A DNA stretch of 64,000 nucleotides, from positions 8,786 to 72,785 of the forward strand of contig JADZAE010000060.1 of NCBI GenBank assembly GCA_020852715.1, in the 5' to 3' direction. The notes beneath the pieces are model-generated. The model was not told the origin of the DNA, made no database searches, and was given only the letters and a program-made list of their open reading frames with translations. Position numbers and translations under genes: made by a program. Positions 52,906 to 62,773 of the stretch are shown one piece after another. This DNA is from Deltaproteobacteria bacterium (GTDB lineage Bacteria; Bdellovibrionota_C; UBA2361; SZUA-149; JADZAE01). The first letter of the stretch is position 1. Each line of letters opens with the position of its first letter.

Positions 52906-55185
52906 ATGGAAAAGGCAAGCTTAACTGAGGCAGCTTTAGCGGCAAAGAATGTTAAAGCGGGGGAGACTTCCAGCGACGATTATTCGTTGCCGACTTTGCC
53001 TAGCGATGACATTCGCCAAATCATGTGGCGCTATTCTGATCGCTACGATTTTCAAATGATGGTGCAATCGGCGCGCTCAGTGGCGCGTGGGTTGGTTGCC
53101 AATCTAGTTGCGCAAGGTCAGCGCAATACTCATGAGTGGACTGAGGAGAAGAACACCTTGCTTAAGGCATTTGATGAATCCGGCATTACCTCGATGTATA
53201 TGAATATGGAGCATGGAGGATTTATTCCGGGGCCCAAAAACGTGGTGCTTGCTTTGGTGGCTTTTGAGCTGGCTTGGGTTGATGGCGGTGCGGCGACCTG
53301 CTGCTTAGCGACTAACTTGGGGCTTTCGCCAATTGCTGCTTGCGGAACCCAAGAGCAAAAAGATCATTATATGAGCTTAGCTGCGGCTAAGCCTGCTGGA
53401 GATACACGTCCGCATTGGCGCGCTGCTTTTAACTTAACTGAGCCGCTGCCTTATGTGGGCGTAGAAACGGGTATGCTCAACGGTAAGATTCGCATCGTTG
53501 AGTGGGAGAAGGGTAAAGAGCCGATTATTCAAGTGGAAAAGCGCGGTCGCTTTATCACCAATATGGACTTTGCCAAGTTTGTTACGGCGGCTGTTGATTC
53601 TGCTGATGAGAAAATCAAAGGAAGCTGCATGGTCATCATTCAAGAAGATGACCCGGGTGTATTTGACCGCGGTGCTGTCACTAAGAAAATGGTGCATCAG
53701 CTCTCTTCGACGCGCGACCCGATATTTAGTATGCGCGTTCCGGCTAGCCGCATCATCGGTGGCTACAAGGTCGTTGATGGCGTGATTATTCCTAATTGGA
53801 GCCACAGCGATATTTTGGAAAACGTTTTCCGCCGCACACGTGTGCCTGTGGGCATTATGACTTCAGCTAAATTGCTCTCTGCAGTTGAGCCGATTATCCG
53901 CTATCAGCGCACACGTTTTCGCGGTGCTGAGAGCATTAATCCGGGTTCACCGCGCTATGAGTTGGGCATTCAGCTAAAAGAAGACTCACAGCATCGTCTA
54001 ATTGACGTTTGGTCATTTGGTGAAGCCGGCGCTTCTTTAGGCTTCTGGACAGAGCGCGTACTTGATGATTTCGACGCCGTAGAAGAAGCCAAAAACGAGT
54101 ATTTTAAGTCACAGGGGATAGACACAGCGCGCGCACAGATGCGTGCTATGGCTGCTGTAGAGAAAGAAGCTAGCGAGCTAGTGAACCTTGAAGTCATGGG
54201 ACAAAAAGATAGCCCGCGCTACTCTGAGCTAAAAGAAAACATTTTAGTAAACTTCGTCGCTTATGATGCACTGTTAAATGTGCTTTGCCCCGCTGTTAAG
54301 CTCTGGAATACTTCCACGGGAGCGACAATGCTTAGAGAAGCTGTGTCTTTGATGGGCGGCTACGGCATCACTGAAGATTGCCCGGGATTCTTGATGCAGA
54401 AGTGGATCGATGCTCAGCTGGAAGCTACTTACGAAGGGCCGGAGTCAGTGCAGCGCCGTCACTTGGCTGCTACTATGACTAACGAAGTTTTCTTAGCCAC
54501 GGTAAAAACTTGGGTTAAAGAAATGCGCGTGATCGCTAATCAGCGCCCGGGCACAGGAGCTTGCGCGCTGGGAACAGCTATGCAGCTTTGGTTAGAAACT
54601 ATTAACTACGTGAAAACGGCAAAAGATGCTGATGGTTCGAAGATGTATAGCGGCACACGCCAAGGCGTTTCTTTTCCACTTGCTGATGCGCTTTGCTGGC
54701 TATTAGCGGCTCGCGCTTTAATACTAGATACTATTGAGCTTGAGGAAAAGGGCGGCGCTAATCCTAACATTGCTTCGGGCTTAGAAGGCTATACGCGTTT
54801 TTACACAGACATGTGCCATGTTCTCGCAGCGCGCGCTACCGGTGAGTCGGCGCGGCTATGTGCTGATATCGTTTACGGCTATCGCCGCCATCCGGCATGG
54901 GACAGCACGACTCCGGCCTGCTGCTATTCGATAGGGGATTTGGACGCTTTGGATTCTTTGATTCCGGGCATTGGCTCTACAGCCAGCGCTTGCACTGATG
55001 TTTCCGAAGACGGCAAGCATCCGATTAAAGCAGGTCCTTGTGCTAACTGCGAAGGCATTGAGAAAATTACTGTTCTTCGCGCTAAGCTTGATCGCTGCAC
55101 TACTGGTAGCCGTTTAGCTAAAGATCGTGCGGCTGTTGCGCTAACCAAGGTCATGATTCCTGAGGCGCTGGATTATCCGAAATGA
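52906..55185 (+). CDS. Long acyl-CoA dehydrogenase (FadE-like: ACAD core plus C-terminal extension).
   Basis: An ACAD C-terminal signature (…MGGYGITEDCPGFLMQKWIDAQLEATYEGPESVQRRHLA…) at ~residue 500 of ~760, then a ~250-aa C-terminal domain. A GAGGTG SD precedes 52906. Confidence 0.75.
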   Translation: MEKASLTEAALAAKNVKAGETSSDDYSLPTLPSDDIRQIMWRYSDRYDFQMMVQSARSVARGLVANLVAQGQRNTHEWTEEKNTLLKAFDESGITSMYMNMEHGGFIPGPKNVVLALVAFELAWVDGGAATCCLATNLGLSPIAACGTQEQKDHYMSLAAAKPAGDTRPHWRAAFNLTEPLPYVGVETGMLNGKIRIVEWEKGKEPIIQVEKRGRFITNMDFAKFVTAAVDSADEKIKGSCMVIIQEDDPGVFDRGAVTKKMVHQLSSTRDPIFSMRVPASRIIGGYKVVDGVIIPNWSHSDILENVFRRTRVPVGIMTSAKLLSAVEPIIRYQRTRFRGAESINPGSPRYELGIQLKEDSQHRLIDVWSFGEAGASLGFWTERVLDDFDAVEEAKNEYFKSQGIDTARAQMRAMAAVEKEASELVNLEVMGQKDSPRYSELKENILVNFVAYDALLNVLCPAVKLWNTSTGATMLREAVSLMGGYGITEDCPGFLMQKWIDAQLEATYEGPESVQRRHLAATMTNEVFLATVKTWVKEMRVIANQRPGTGACALGTAMQLWLETINYVKTAKDADGSKMYSGTRQGVSFPLADALCWLLAARALILDTIELEEKGGANPNIASGLEGYTRFYTDMCHVLAARATGESARLCADIVYGYRRHPAWDSTTPACCYSIGDLDALDSLIPGIGSTASACTDVSEDGKHPIKAGPCANCEGIEKITVLRAKLDRCTTGSRLAKDRAAVALTKVMIPEALDYPK

Positions 55186-55257
55186 AGCTACTTGGCTATT
55201 TGTTGTTGTGGCAAGTGGCAGAAAGATAGGTAAAATTAGAAGGTAAGAGGGTAGGGC

Positions 55258-57108
55258 ATGGCACAGGTAGAAAGGCAGAAATTGGAAGCGGATATTGTTT
55301 GCGTAGGCATGGGGCCGGCAACAGGCGGCTTTTTAACTACGCTAACTAAAGAAATCTCCGAGCATCAAGGCGAGAGCTACCTAGATAGCAAAGTCATGCC
55401 GGGTATGCCGCTACAGGTTCTCTGCTATGAACGCGCCGACGATATGGGTTTTGGTGTTTCCGGTGTGGTCTCCCGCGCACGCGGCATCAAGCAAAGCTTT
55501 CCTGATATTGACTGGAGCCAGATTCAAATGGCTGCTCCGGTTAAGGGCGAAAAGCTTGCTTATCTATTAGACCCCATTGGGGCAAGTTGTCGCTCTGGGC
55601 TCTTTAAGTTCAGTGATACGCTGATTCGTAGCCTCAAAGCTGTTCTTCCTTACAAAGACGAAGCTCTGGAAATGCCTTTCATTCCGCCGTTTATGGAAAA
55701 GCACGGAGGGGCAGTGTTTTCGATCGGCCAGTTTAACCAGTGGGTAGGCATGAACTTGATGAGTTCAGGGCAGGTGCAGATCTGGCCGGGCATGCCTGTA
55801 GAAAAGCCGCTGGTGGAGAATAAAAAAGTTAAAGGCGTGCGCTTGGTCAATCAAGGTGTGGAGAAAAGCGGCGCCGAGACTGAGATGTTTATGCCGGGCA
55901 TGGACATAGAAGCCGCGCTTACTGTGGTGGGCGATGGACCGGTAGGCGCTGTCGGGCAGTATTTGGACGAAGAGTTTGGTATGCCCCAGGGGCATCACAA
56001 GCATGAGTGGGCTGTGGGCATGAAGTTCGTCGTGCAGCTTCGCGATGATGTGGACTTGGAGCCGGGTACAGTGTTTCATACTTTCGGCTATCCTGAGCCG
56101 GAGGTTTTTGGCTTCATGTATATATATCCGGGTAAGGTGGCATCATTAGGGATTTTCATTCCTTCTTGGTTTGATAATCCGGTGCGCACAGCTTACCGTT
56201 ATTTGCAACATTGGATGATGCATCCTTATATTTGGAAGCATGTAAAAGGCGGCACACTAAAGTCTTGGGGTGCTAAGTCGCTGCAAGAGTCGGGCATCAC
56301 AGGGGAACCGCATCTTTGTGGCGATGGCTATGCGCGCATTGGCGAGGGGTCAGGCAGTACAAACGTGCTCACCGGCTCCGGCGTGGATGAAGCGTGGACT
56401 ACGGGAACTCAGTTAGCTGAAGGCGTGATTGAGTTACTAAAAGCCGGAAAGCCTTTTACCAAGGAGAATTTAGAAGCAACTTATGTGGCGAAGCGCCGCG
56501 CAAGCTGGGTGCAGGAAGAGGGTAAAGTTGCTGAGAAGTCGCGAAACGGTTTTAGCTACGGAGTTATTCCGGGGCTAATCGGTATGTCGCTAGCCGGGTT
56601 TTCTAAAGGGCTACTGAACATTCCGGCCAAACTCGTCGCGCCGCATAAACGCTACAAGAGCTTGGAGCAGTATTTTGCCGGCAAGCTTTCAGTGCAGAAG
56701 ATCGCCGAGATCAGAGAGATCTGCAAAAAAGCTAATAAGACCATACATGATGAAATTATGAATGCATGCGGGTGGCCGGAGATTCCCTATGACGGTACGC
56801 TACTGGTAACTCAGCAAGATGCTCTACTGATAGGCGGTAAGGTGCAGGCTCAAGGCGGCTTCGCTGATCATGTAGAGTTTATCGATACAGATATTTGCAA
56901 AGGCTGTGGTATGCAGGTGTGCGTAGAGATTTGCTCGGCGCAGGCTATTGCTCCGGGCGAAGAAGGGGTGCCAGTGTTTGATCGCGAGAAGTGCGTGCAT
57001 TGTGGCGCTTGCTTGTGGAACTGCTCGCAAGAGTTACCGCAGGGACACGGTGTCACCAACGTGAAGTTCGGCGCCGGCTGCGGCGGCCTGCATAGCGTGG
57101 AGAATTAA
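55258..57108 (+). CDS. Electron-transfer flavoprotein:ubiquinone oxidoreductase (ETF-QO; FixC-FixX-like fusion).
   Basis: FAD-binding N-terminus (DIVCVGMGPATGG) and a C-terminal 4Fe-4S ferredoxin-like cluster (CKGCGMQVCVEICSAQ…CVHCGACLWNCS). Confidence 0.85.
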   Translation: MAQVERQKLEADIVCVGMGPATGGFLTTLTKEISEHQGESYLDSKVMPGMPLQVLCYERADDMGFGVSGVVSRARGIKQSFPDIDWSQIQMAAPVKGEKLAYLLDPIGASCRSGLFKFSDTLIRSLKAVLPYKDEALEMPFIPPFMEKHGGAVFSIGQFNQWVGMNLMSSGQVQIWPGMPVEKPLVENKKVKGVRLVNQGVEKSGAETEMFMPGMDIEAALTVVGDGPVGAVGQYLDEEFGMPQGHHKHEWAVGMKFVVQLRDDVDLEPGTVFHTFGYPEPEVFGFMYIYPGKVASLGIFIPSWFDNPVRTAYRYLQHWMMHPYIWKHVKGGTLKSWGAKSLQESGITGEPHLCGDGYARIGEGSGSTNVLTGSGVDEAWTTGTQLAEGVIELLKAGKPFTKENLEATYVAKRRASWVQEEGKVAEKSRNGFSYGVIPGLIGMSLAGFSKGLLNIPAKLVAPHKRYKSLEQYFAGKLSVQKIAEIREICKKANKTIHDEIMNACGWPEIPYDGTLLVTQQDALLIGGKVQAQGGFADHVEFIDTDICKGCGMQVCVEICSAQAIAPGEEGVPVFDREKCVHCGACLWNCSQELPQGHGVTNVKFGAGCGGLHSVEN

Positions 57109-57109
57109 A

Positions 57110-57312
57110 TATTAGATTGGGAGCGCGACCCATCTTTAGTAGCGGAGCGGAGAAAGTGGGCGCCTGCGGTTTAAGTTAGTTCGGCGGGTGTCGGCGGAGG
57201 CCGCTATTGCTGTGCTGCGCAGTAGCGTTTTGGCAATGTTCTGCGTCGGTGACCCAGTTGTTTGCTAGCGCTCACAACATGGGTGAGCGTTCCATAAAAC
57301 GCGGCGGGTGGT
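57110..57312. repeat. GC-rich repeat, copy D, inserted between the ETF-QO stop codon and its terminator, flanked by a perfect 18-bp direct repeat.
   Basis: atagcgtggagaattaaa occurs at 57092-57109 (gene 3' end including the stop) and at 57313-57330. The core ccagttgtttgctagcgctcacaacatgggtgagcgttcca is at 57262-57300. Confidence 0.75.
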
Positions 57313-57334
57313 ATAGCGTGGAGAATTAAACGTA

Positions 57335-57368
57335 AGGGCACGCTGCGCGTGCCCTGAACAAATTTTTA
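57335..57368 (+). terminator. Rho-independent terminator, presumably of the ETF-QO gene, displaced by the repeat insertion.
   Basis: Perfect palindrome agggcacgc-tgc-gcgtgccct followed by gaacaaattttt. Confidence 0.6.
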
Positions 57369-57399
57369 GATGTTAGAAAATAAACCAAGGAGATAAATC

Positions 57400-58212
57400 G
57401 TGAGTAATGCTTATTCGATAATTGTCTGTGCAGGCTTGGCGCCTGATCCGTTACAAAGGCTTGAGCCCATGGATACACCTACTGGGCCGGCGCTTAAAAA
57501 CGAAATGATGCTTCCTGCTGTGCTTGACCCGTGGGCGGCTTGCGCATTGTATGAGGCTGATAATCTAGCCAAGAAACTGCCGGGCTCTAAAGTTTACTTG
57601 GTGAGCATGGCGCTTAAGACAAAGCTCCAGCAAGTGATGATGGTGCTTTCGCAAAAAGTGCCTTTTGAGCTTGTCGCTATCGATGGGCCAAGTAACGGTT
57701 TTACTGATGCTCGCGAGTGTGCCTCAGAGCTTGCCCAAGCTATAGAAGCTATTCCCGGACTGGATAAGGACAAAATGCTTTTGTTCGGCGGTTGGGAGTC
57801 GGCTACCCGCGCCGCGGGTGCGACCATGCAAATACTTGGTGAGAAGCTAGGCGTTGTCGATCAGTTCCAAGGCGTGGACAAAATTGAGATTGAACCAAGT
57901 GGAGCGATTAAACTCTGGGAGCGCGTAGAAGGCGGAAAACAGCAAGTGTCACTTTGTGAAAGCGCTCCGGTGATGGTTGGCTGGGCGACAGGCGAGCTGC
58001 CTGAGCCACCAAATAATCCGCAAGTTGGTATGGCGAACATGCGCACAGTGATGCCGGCGTTACAGAAGGCAAAATCTGCCGCCGCGAGCAGCTCAGCACT
58101 GAAGTTTAAGGGAGTAACTTTACCGGCGCAGGTGCGTGAAACGCGCATTGAAAAGGACATGCCGGTAGAGGCTATCGCTCAAGAGTTAGTAACATGGATC
58201 AGGGGGAACTAA
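57400..58212 (+). CDS. etfB: Electron transfer flavoprotein beta subunit.
   Basis: Typical ETF-beta (FixA) N-terminus and overall pattern. Tightly coupled to etfA. Confidence 0.8.
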   Translation: MSNAYSIIVCAGLAPDPLQRLEPMDTPTGPALKNEMMLPAVLDPWAACALYEADNLAKKLPGSKVYLVSMALKTKLQQVMMVLSQKVPFELVAIDGPSNGFTDARECASELAQAIEAIPGLDKDKMLLFGGWESATRAAGATMQILGEKLGVVDQFQGVDKIEIEPSGAIKLWERVEGGKQQVSLCESAPVMVGWATGELPEPPNNPQVGMANMRTVMPALQKAKSAAASSSALKFKGVTLPAQVRETRIEKDMPVEAIAQELVTWIRGN

Positions 58213-58214
58213 GC

Positions 58215-59243
58215 ATGGATAAGATTTTATTAATTGCCCATACAGAGGCTAATGGAAGTTTAAGCAAAGCCTCATTAGAAGCACTGACCTGTGCTAAAGA
58301 TTTAGCTGCCAGCCTAAGCACTACTTTTGCTGTAGGCGTGTTTGGCGAAAACACAGCTAAGGCGCTTGAGCAAATCGGTTCTTGCGGAGCAGAGAAGTAT
58401 CTAAGCGTGTCCGGTGCTGATTTCAAAGACGCGCGCTACGCAACTGACTCTTATGCCGTAGAAGGAATATATAGAAAGGCGCAAGCTTCTATTGTTATAG
58501 CAGCAGGCACTTCGCGTATGAACCGCGTGATACCGGGTGTTGCGCACCGCGTTGAAGGTGTAGCCGAGCTGCATGTTAGTAGCATTGCCGGAAGCGCTAC
58601 CGAGCTAACGGCAACTCGCTGGCTATACAGGCAACGCATAGAGGCCGTTATAACACGCGCCAGTCGTCCTTGGTTTTTGGGTGTTGATTCTGGGAACTAC
58701 ACTGCATGGACTGGTTCGACATCAGCCGTAACAGCTGAAAGCGTTGCGACTGAAGCTCCGGCGGCTTGTAAGCGCAGCAAAGTTGTGGGCCTAGAGTCAC
58801 CGGGAAGCGGCGAGCAAACTATTAAACCTGATGCTGAGCTTCTCATGGTTGCCGGCGCCGGTTGGACTAAGAAACAAGCTGACGGCACAGTACACGCGCA
58901 AGAAGCCCGTAAGACTATTTTGGGCTTCTTATCCAAGAGCGGAGCTTCCCTAGGTGGCTCTAAAGCTATGGTCGATTTGGATAGCGAAAACCGTGAAGCC
59001 TTCAACTTCATGACTCACCTAAACCAAATCGGTCAGACAGGCACCTCGCCGCGTCATCAAAAAGGGCTATCCACCTGCTGCCACGGCGAAGAGCCGCACG
59101 CAGTCGGCTGGCGTTTCATCAATGAGCGGCGCGCCGTAAACCTTGACGCCAACTGCGGCTGGGCCCGCGGCAAAGCTGACGTACTCTATGTCGCTGATGC
59201 TTTTGCTGTTATGGCTAAGGTAAATGAGCTATTATCTAAATAA
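58215..59243 (+). CDS. etfA: Electron transfer flavoprotein alpha subunit.
   Basis: ETF-alpha FAD-binding C-terminal region (…AGAGWTKKQADG…, …VLYVADAFAVMAKVNELL…). AGGGGG SD. The ORF-track start at 58194 overlaps etfB. Confidence 0.8.
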   Translation: MDKILLIAHTEANGSLSKASLEALTCAKDLAASLSTTFAVGVFGENTAKALEQIGSCGAEKYLSVSGADFKDARYATDSYAVEGIYRKAQASIVIAAGTSRMNRVIPGVAHRVEGVAELHVSSIAGSATELTATRWLYRQRIEAVITRASRPWFLGVDSGNYTAWTGSTSAVTAESVATEAPAACKRSKVVGLESPGSGEQTIKPDAELLMVAGAGWTKKQADGTVHAQEARKTILGFLSKSGASLGGSKAMVDLDSENREAFNFMTHLNQIGQTGTSPRHQKGLSTCCHGEEPHAVGWRFINERRAVNLDANCGWARGKADVLYVADAFAVMAKVNELLSK

Positions 59244-59308
59244 GTGGGGGATTTATGCTAGGTGGCGATTTAACTTCAGGGCAAATTTTTTATTGAGGTG
59301 CAGCCATT

Positions 59309-59797
59309 TTGGGCGGCCTATTTTTCATGGTTCGCGTGTTTATTATGTTTGCTGCGGGGTTAGATAGCGACGCTAAGTCAGGGCATGACATGGACTCCGA
59401 ACATGGGGACATGTCGGCATCTGACTTAGCCTTTAAAGCTTTGTCGCTTCAAGGTATCTCAGGTTTTGTCATGATGTTTGGTATTGTTGGGCTGGCGGCC
59501 GATCTTAGCTTAGCTAAGTTTGGGGCGGAGAGGGCAAGTATAGCCTCATTTATTGCAGCTATGGTAGCGGGTTGTATTACCGTTTGGCTAATCAAGATCA
59601 TTTTTAAATGGGCGGACAGGCTCCAATCCAGTGGCACTCTCAAGTATGAAAGTGGCATAGGGCAGACGGGAACTGTTTATTTAAGTGTGGCTAAAGAAAA
59701 ACCCGGAAAAATTCAGGTTAATGTTCAGGGCCGTTTAATTACGGCAGATGCTATTACGCGTAGTGAGGAGCGAATTGCAACTGGCGAACATATATAA
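59309..59797 (+). CDS. NfeD-family membrane protein (flotillin partner).
   Basis: N-terminal TM helices plus a C-terminal OB-like soluble domain. Sits upstream of the flotillin gene. Confidence 0.6.
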   Translation: MGGLFFMVRVFIMFAAGLDSDAKSGHDMDSEHGDMSASDLAFKALSLQGISGFVMMFGIVGLAADLSLAKFGAERASIASFIAAMVAGCITVWLIKIIFKWADRLQSSGTLKYESGIGQTGTVYLSVAKEKPGKIQVNVQGRLITADAITRSEERIATGEHI

Positions 59798-59899
59798 AGT
59801 CGTAGATATATCCGACGGTCGATACGTAATTGAGAAAGTGTAAGTAAAACTCAACCTTATAAGATTTTTTAATCCAACACAAAACAAAGGAGATAAATC

Positions 59900-61267
59900 A
59901 TGTTAGCTCTCTTAGCTGGTGATGCTTGGTTATTTGCAATCGTATGTTTTGTATTCTTAATTTTTAGCATTTTGTTTTTTTTAGCATCACGCTACAAAAG
60001 GTGCGCCTCGGATGAGATATTAGTAGTATACGGAAAGGTTAGGGAAAACCAGTCGGCGCGCTGTATTCATGGTGGTGGCGCTTTTGTTTGGCCGCTTATT
60101 CAAGAAAGCTCGTATATGAGCTTAACGCCGATGATTATTACTATCCCACTGGAGAATGCCCTGTCTTTACAGAATATTCGTATTAATGTGTCCAGCACAT
60201 TTACAGTCGGTATCAGCACTGAGCCGGGCATTATGAATAATGCCGCTGAGCGTTTATTACGCCTTGAGCCCAGACATATTGAAAATATGGCTCAGGAAAT
60301 CATCTTTGGTCAGCTGCGTTTAACAGTGGCCTCGCTAACCATTGAGCAAATTAACCAAGATCGCGAGAGTTTTTTGGAGTCTATTCGTAAGAATGTTGAG
60401 CCTGAACTTAATAAGATCGGCTTATTTTTAATTAACGTAAATATTACCGATATCACAGACGGTTCTAACTATATTGAGAGTATTGGTAAAAAGGCGGCAT
60501 CAGAGGCGGTGAATACCGCCAAAGTTGATGTAGCCGAACAGAATAAAATCGGTGCTATTGGTGAAGCTGTAGCCAATAAAGATCAGATCATTCGTGTTGC
60601 CGAGAATATGGCTGAAGCGGCCAAAGGACAAAAAAGAGCCGAAGCTGATAAGCGCGTTTATTTAGAGGAGCAAGAAGCAGAAGCTGTAAAAGGCGAAAAG
60701 GCGGCTGATGCGAGCAAGCGCGTATTTGTGCAGCAACAAGAAGCCGAAGCCATTAAGGGCGAAAAAGCGGCTATCGCTGACCAACGCATTTATGTTCAAC
60801 ACCAAGAAGCTTTGGCTATTGACGGAGAAAATAAAGCTGAAGCACAGATTGCTGAAGCCAACGCCATCCTGGCCATGCGCCAAGCCGAAGCTTTCCAAAA
60901 AGGTGAGGTGGCCAAACGCCAAGCTGAGGTGGAGATCAATAAGGCTCAATATTTAGCTGAAGAGCAGCGTTTGATTGCCGGTGAAGTTGTTAAGCAAGAA
61001 ATTGAAAAGCGTAAAGTGGAAATCGATGCTGAGGCTATGGCCGAGAAGATTAGGCGCGAGGCTAAAGGTCAAGCTGACGCTTTTTTGGCTAAGTATGAAG
61101 CTGAGGCCAAGGGTATTCGACAAGTGCTGGAGAGTAAGGCTGCTGGTTATGAGTCTTTAGTGCGTAGCTGTAACGGTGATGCGCAGTCAGCTTCTACGCT
61201 GTTGTTGATCGAAAAACTTGAAGGCATAATAGGCAAGCAAGTCAATGAAAGGAAAAGCGCCAATTGA
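59900..61267 (+). CDS. Flotillin / SPFH-family protein with tandem 22-aa EA-type repeats.
   Basis: N-terminal TM, SPFH core, then ~4 repeats (KRAEADKRVYLEEQEAEAVKGE / KAADASKRVFVQQQEAEAIKGE / KAAIADQRIYVQHQEALAIDGE …). Confidence 0.8.
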   Translation: MLALLAGDAWLFAIVCFVFLIFSILFFLASRYKRCASDEILVVYGKVRENQSARCIHGGGAFVWPLIQESSYMSLTPMIITIPLENALSLQNIRINVSSTFTVGISTEPGIMNNAAERLLRLEPRHIENMAQEIIFGQLRLTVASLTIEQINQDRESFLESIRKNVEPELNKIGLFLINVNITDITDGSNYIESIGKKAASEAVNTAKVDVAEQNKIGAIGEAVANKDQIIRVAENMAEAAKGQKRAEADKRVYLEEQEAEAVKGEKAADASKRVFVQQQEAEAIKGEKAAIADQRIYVQHQEALAIDGENKAEAQIAEANAILAMRQAEAFQKGEVAKRQAEVEINKAQYLAEEQRLIAGEVVKQEIEKRKVEIDAEAMAEKIRREAKGQADAFLAKYEAEAKGIRQVLESKAAGYESLVRSCNGDAQSASTLLLIEKLEGIIGKQVNERKSAN

Positions 61268-61408
61268 AATCATTGATGCTTTGAATAAAGTGAAGATAGG
61301 GGATTTGGTCACAATTGAGATTATTCGAGGCCAAAAACAAATCTCCAAGAAGTATAAAGCAGTTAAGGCGCAAGGGTAGGGCTATTAAATTAAAAATAAG
61401 TGATACTT

Positions 61409-61624
61409 ATGAAAAATGTGAAGTTTCTATTGGTGACAGTAATTTTATTAATATTCATGGCTTGCAACCAGCGTGGTGAGGATAAAACAGAAAGGGAAGT
61501 TAAAGCTTCCTCTGGCTCGCGGGTGCTGGCTGACTACGTTGAGCAATCGTTAAACAAAGCTAATGCCTTAAAAGACAAATCCGACCAGCGCACGCAGCGT
61601 ATCAACGACGAGTTGGACAAATAG
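61409..61624 (+). CDS. Small lipoprotein (hypothetical).
   Basis: Signal peptide with lipobox (LIFMAC) and a charged mature region. Confidence 0.4.
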   Translation: MKNVKFLLVTVILLIFMACNQRGEDKTEREVKASSGSRVLADYVEQSLNKANALKDKSDQRTQRINDELDK

Positions 61625-61639
61625 CGTTGTAGAGGCGCA

Positions 61640-61870
61640 CAAATTGGTAAGAAAGATTGAATGTGAAATTGCGGACGTTTGCAAACGCAAATACATCCTT
61701 ATGATCACGTATTCGCGGGGACAGCCTTTGGCCGTCCGCTACGATCGCGTGATCATGGCGGATGCACGCGTCAGCGCCACTGATCGTACGCGGCTTAGCC
61801 GTTATCCACCATGATGTTAGGGAGGTAGCGGATGCCCAAAGGTCATCCCTACAGGCCATCGTGTGAGCGT
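61640..61870. repeat. GC-rich repeat, copy G, with internal palindromes (a different subfamily).
   Basis: atgatcacg…cgtgatcat inverted repeat. The hairpin ggacagcctttggccgtcc recurs at 44486-44510 as ggacggcctttggccgtac. Confidence 0.5.
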
Positions 61871-61987
61871 ATTTACGACATCATGGTAAGGCGCGCTAAC
61901 TTTTATGTTTACTTTTGTTAAATTCAAAGTTTATAACTGATTCTTAATATGACTTCGTGTCTGTCAAAACGGGTTCCGGTGATAAAT

Positions 61988-62425
61988 ATGTTGAAAATAA
62001 TTGACCACATAAATATCGTTGTTAGCGACTTAGCTAAGGCGCAGAGCTTTTTTGAGCTTTTGGGCTTTTCGGTCGAAGATGGGGCTGAGCTGCAAGGGGT
62101 GTGGATAACGCAGATAGTTAGACTGCAAGGAGTGCATGCCTAGTTTGTCGCTCTTTTTCATCCCGGCTCTAACACGCGAATAGAATTGATTGAATATTTT
62201 AGCCCTAAATCGCAGACAAGCAAGCGCATTGGGGTCGCCAATGAGATGGGCTTTCGTCACGTGGCTTTTGCGATATGCGATATTGAAGCCGTGGTGGAGA
62301 AACTAAAGATAGCTGGCGTGCAGTTCGTGAGTGATATTCAATCATTTCCTAAAAACGGCAAGCGCCTGGTTTACCTCTATGGGCCGGATAATATTCTGAT
62401 GGAACTTGCTCAATATCGGGATTAA
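61988..62425 (+). pseudogene. VOC / glyoxalase-I-family protein interrupted by an in-frame TAG (62144-62146).
   Basis: ORFs 61949-62143 and 62186-62425 are in the same frame (both phase 2). The joined product has a glyoxalase/VOC pattern (MLKIIDHINIVVSDLAKAQSFF…GFRHVAFAICDIEAVVEKL…). Confidence 0.55.
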
Positions 62426-62773
62426 GCTTAAAAAATCAGTCGAGGCTACCCAAAGATAGAGTAAGTTTTTAGGATTCTATATAACCGCGGCTTTATGAAT
62501 ATTCTTGTTACCAATAATAGTTTGGCCGAAAGAGCCGGCACCGAGACTTTTATCATCGAGCTAGCCTCTTGCCTAAAGAGCTTAAGCCATCGGGTAGCTG
62601 CATATAGCCCTTGCTTTGAAGTGTAATGTTGTAATGTTATACTGTGCTTAATGCTTGGCTTCTTCGTCATTTCCTATAACTTAGGCATTTAGAAGGGGAT
62701 ATAATGGTTAAGAACTATAAAGCCTTAGAGGATTTTTCTTAACAAACTGTCTAAACAGTTAGACAGTAACGAT

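Noticed and set aside
60662-61160. Antisense and alternate-frame ORFs inside the flotillin repeat region. Many similar antisense ORFs occur inside ligA, the ACAD, ETF-QO and etfA.
   Set aside because: They are embedded in well-supported genes. Repetitive or GC-rich coding sequence generates open frames.
61245-61379. 44-codon ORF overlapping the 3' end of the flotillin gene (MKGKAPIEIIDALNKVKIGDLVTIEIIRGQ…).
   Set aside because: Too short and unsupported by an SD. Probably chance, although it could be checked for conservation.
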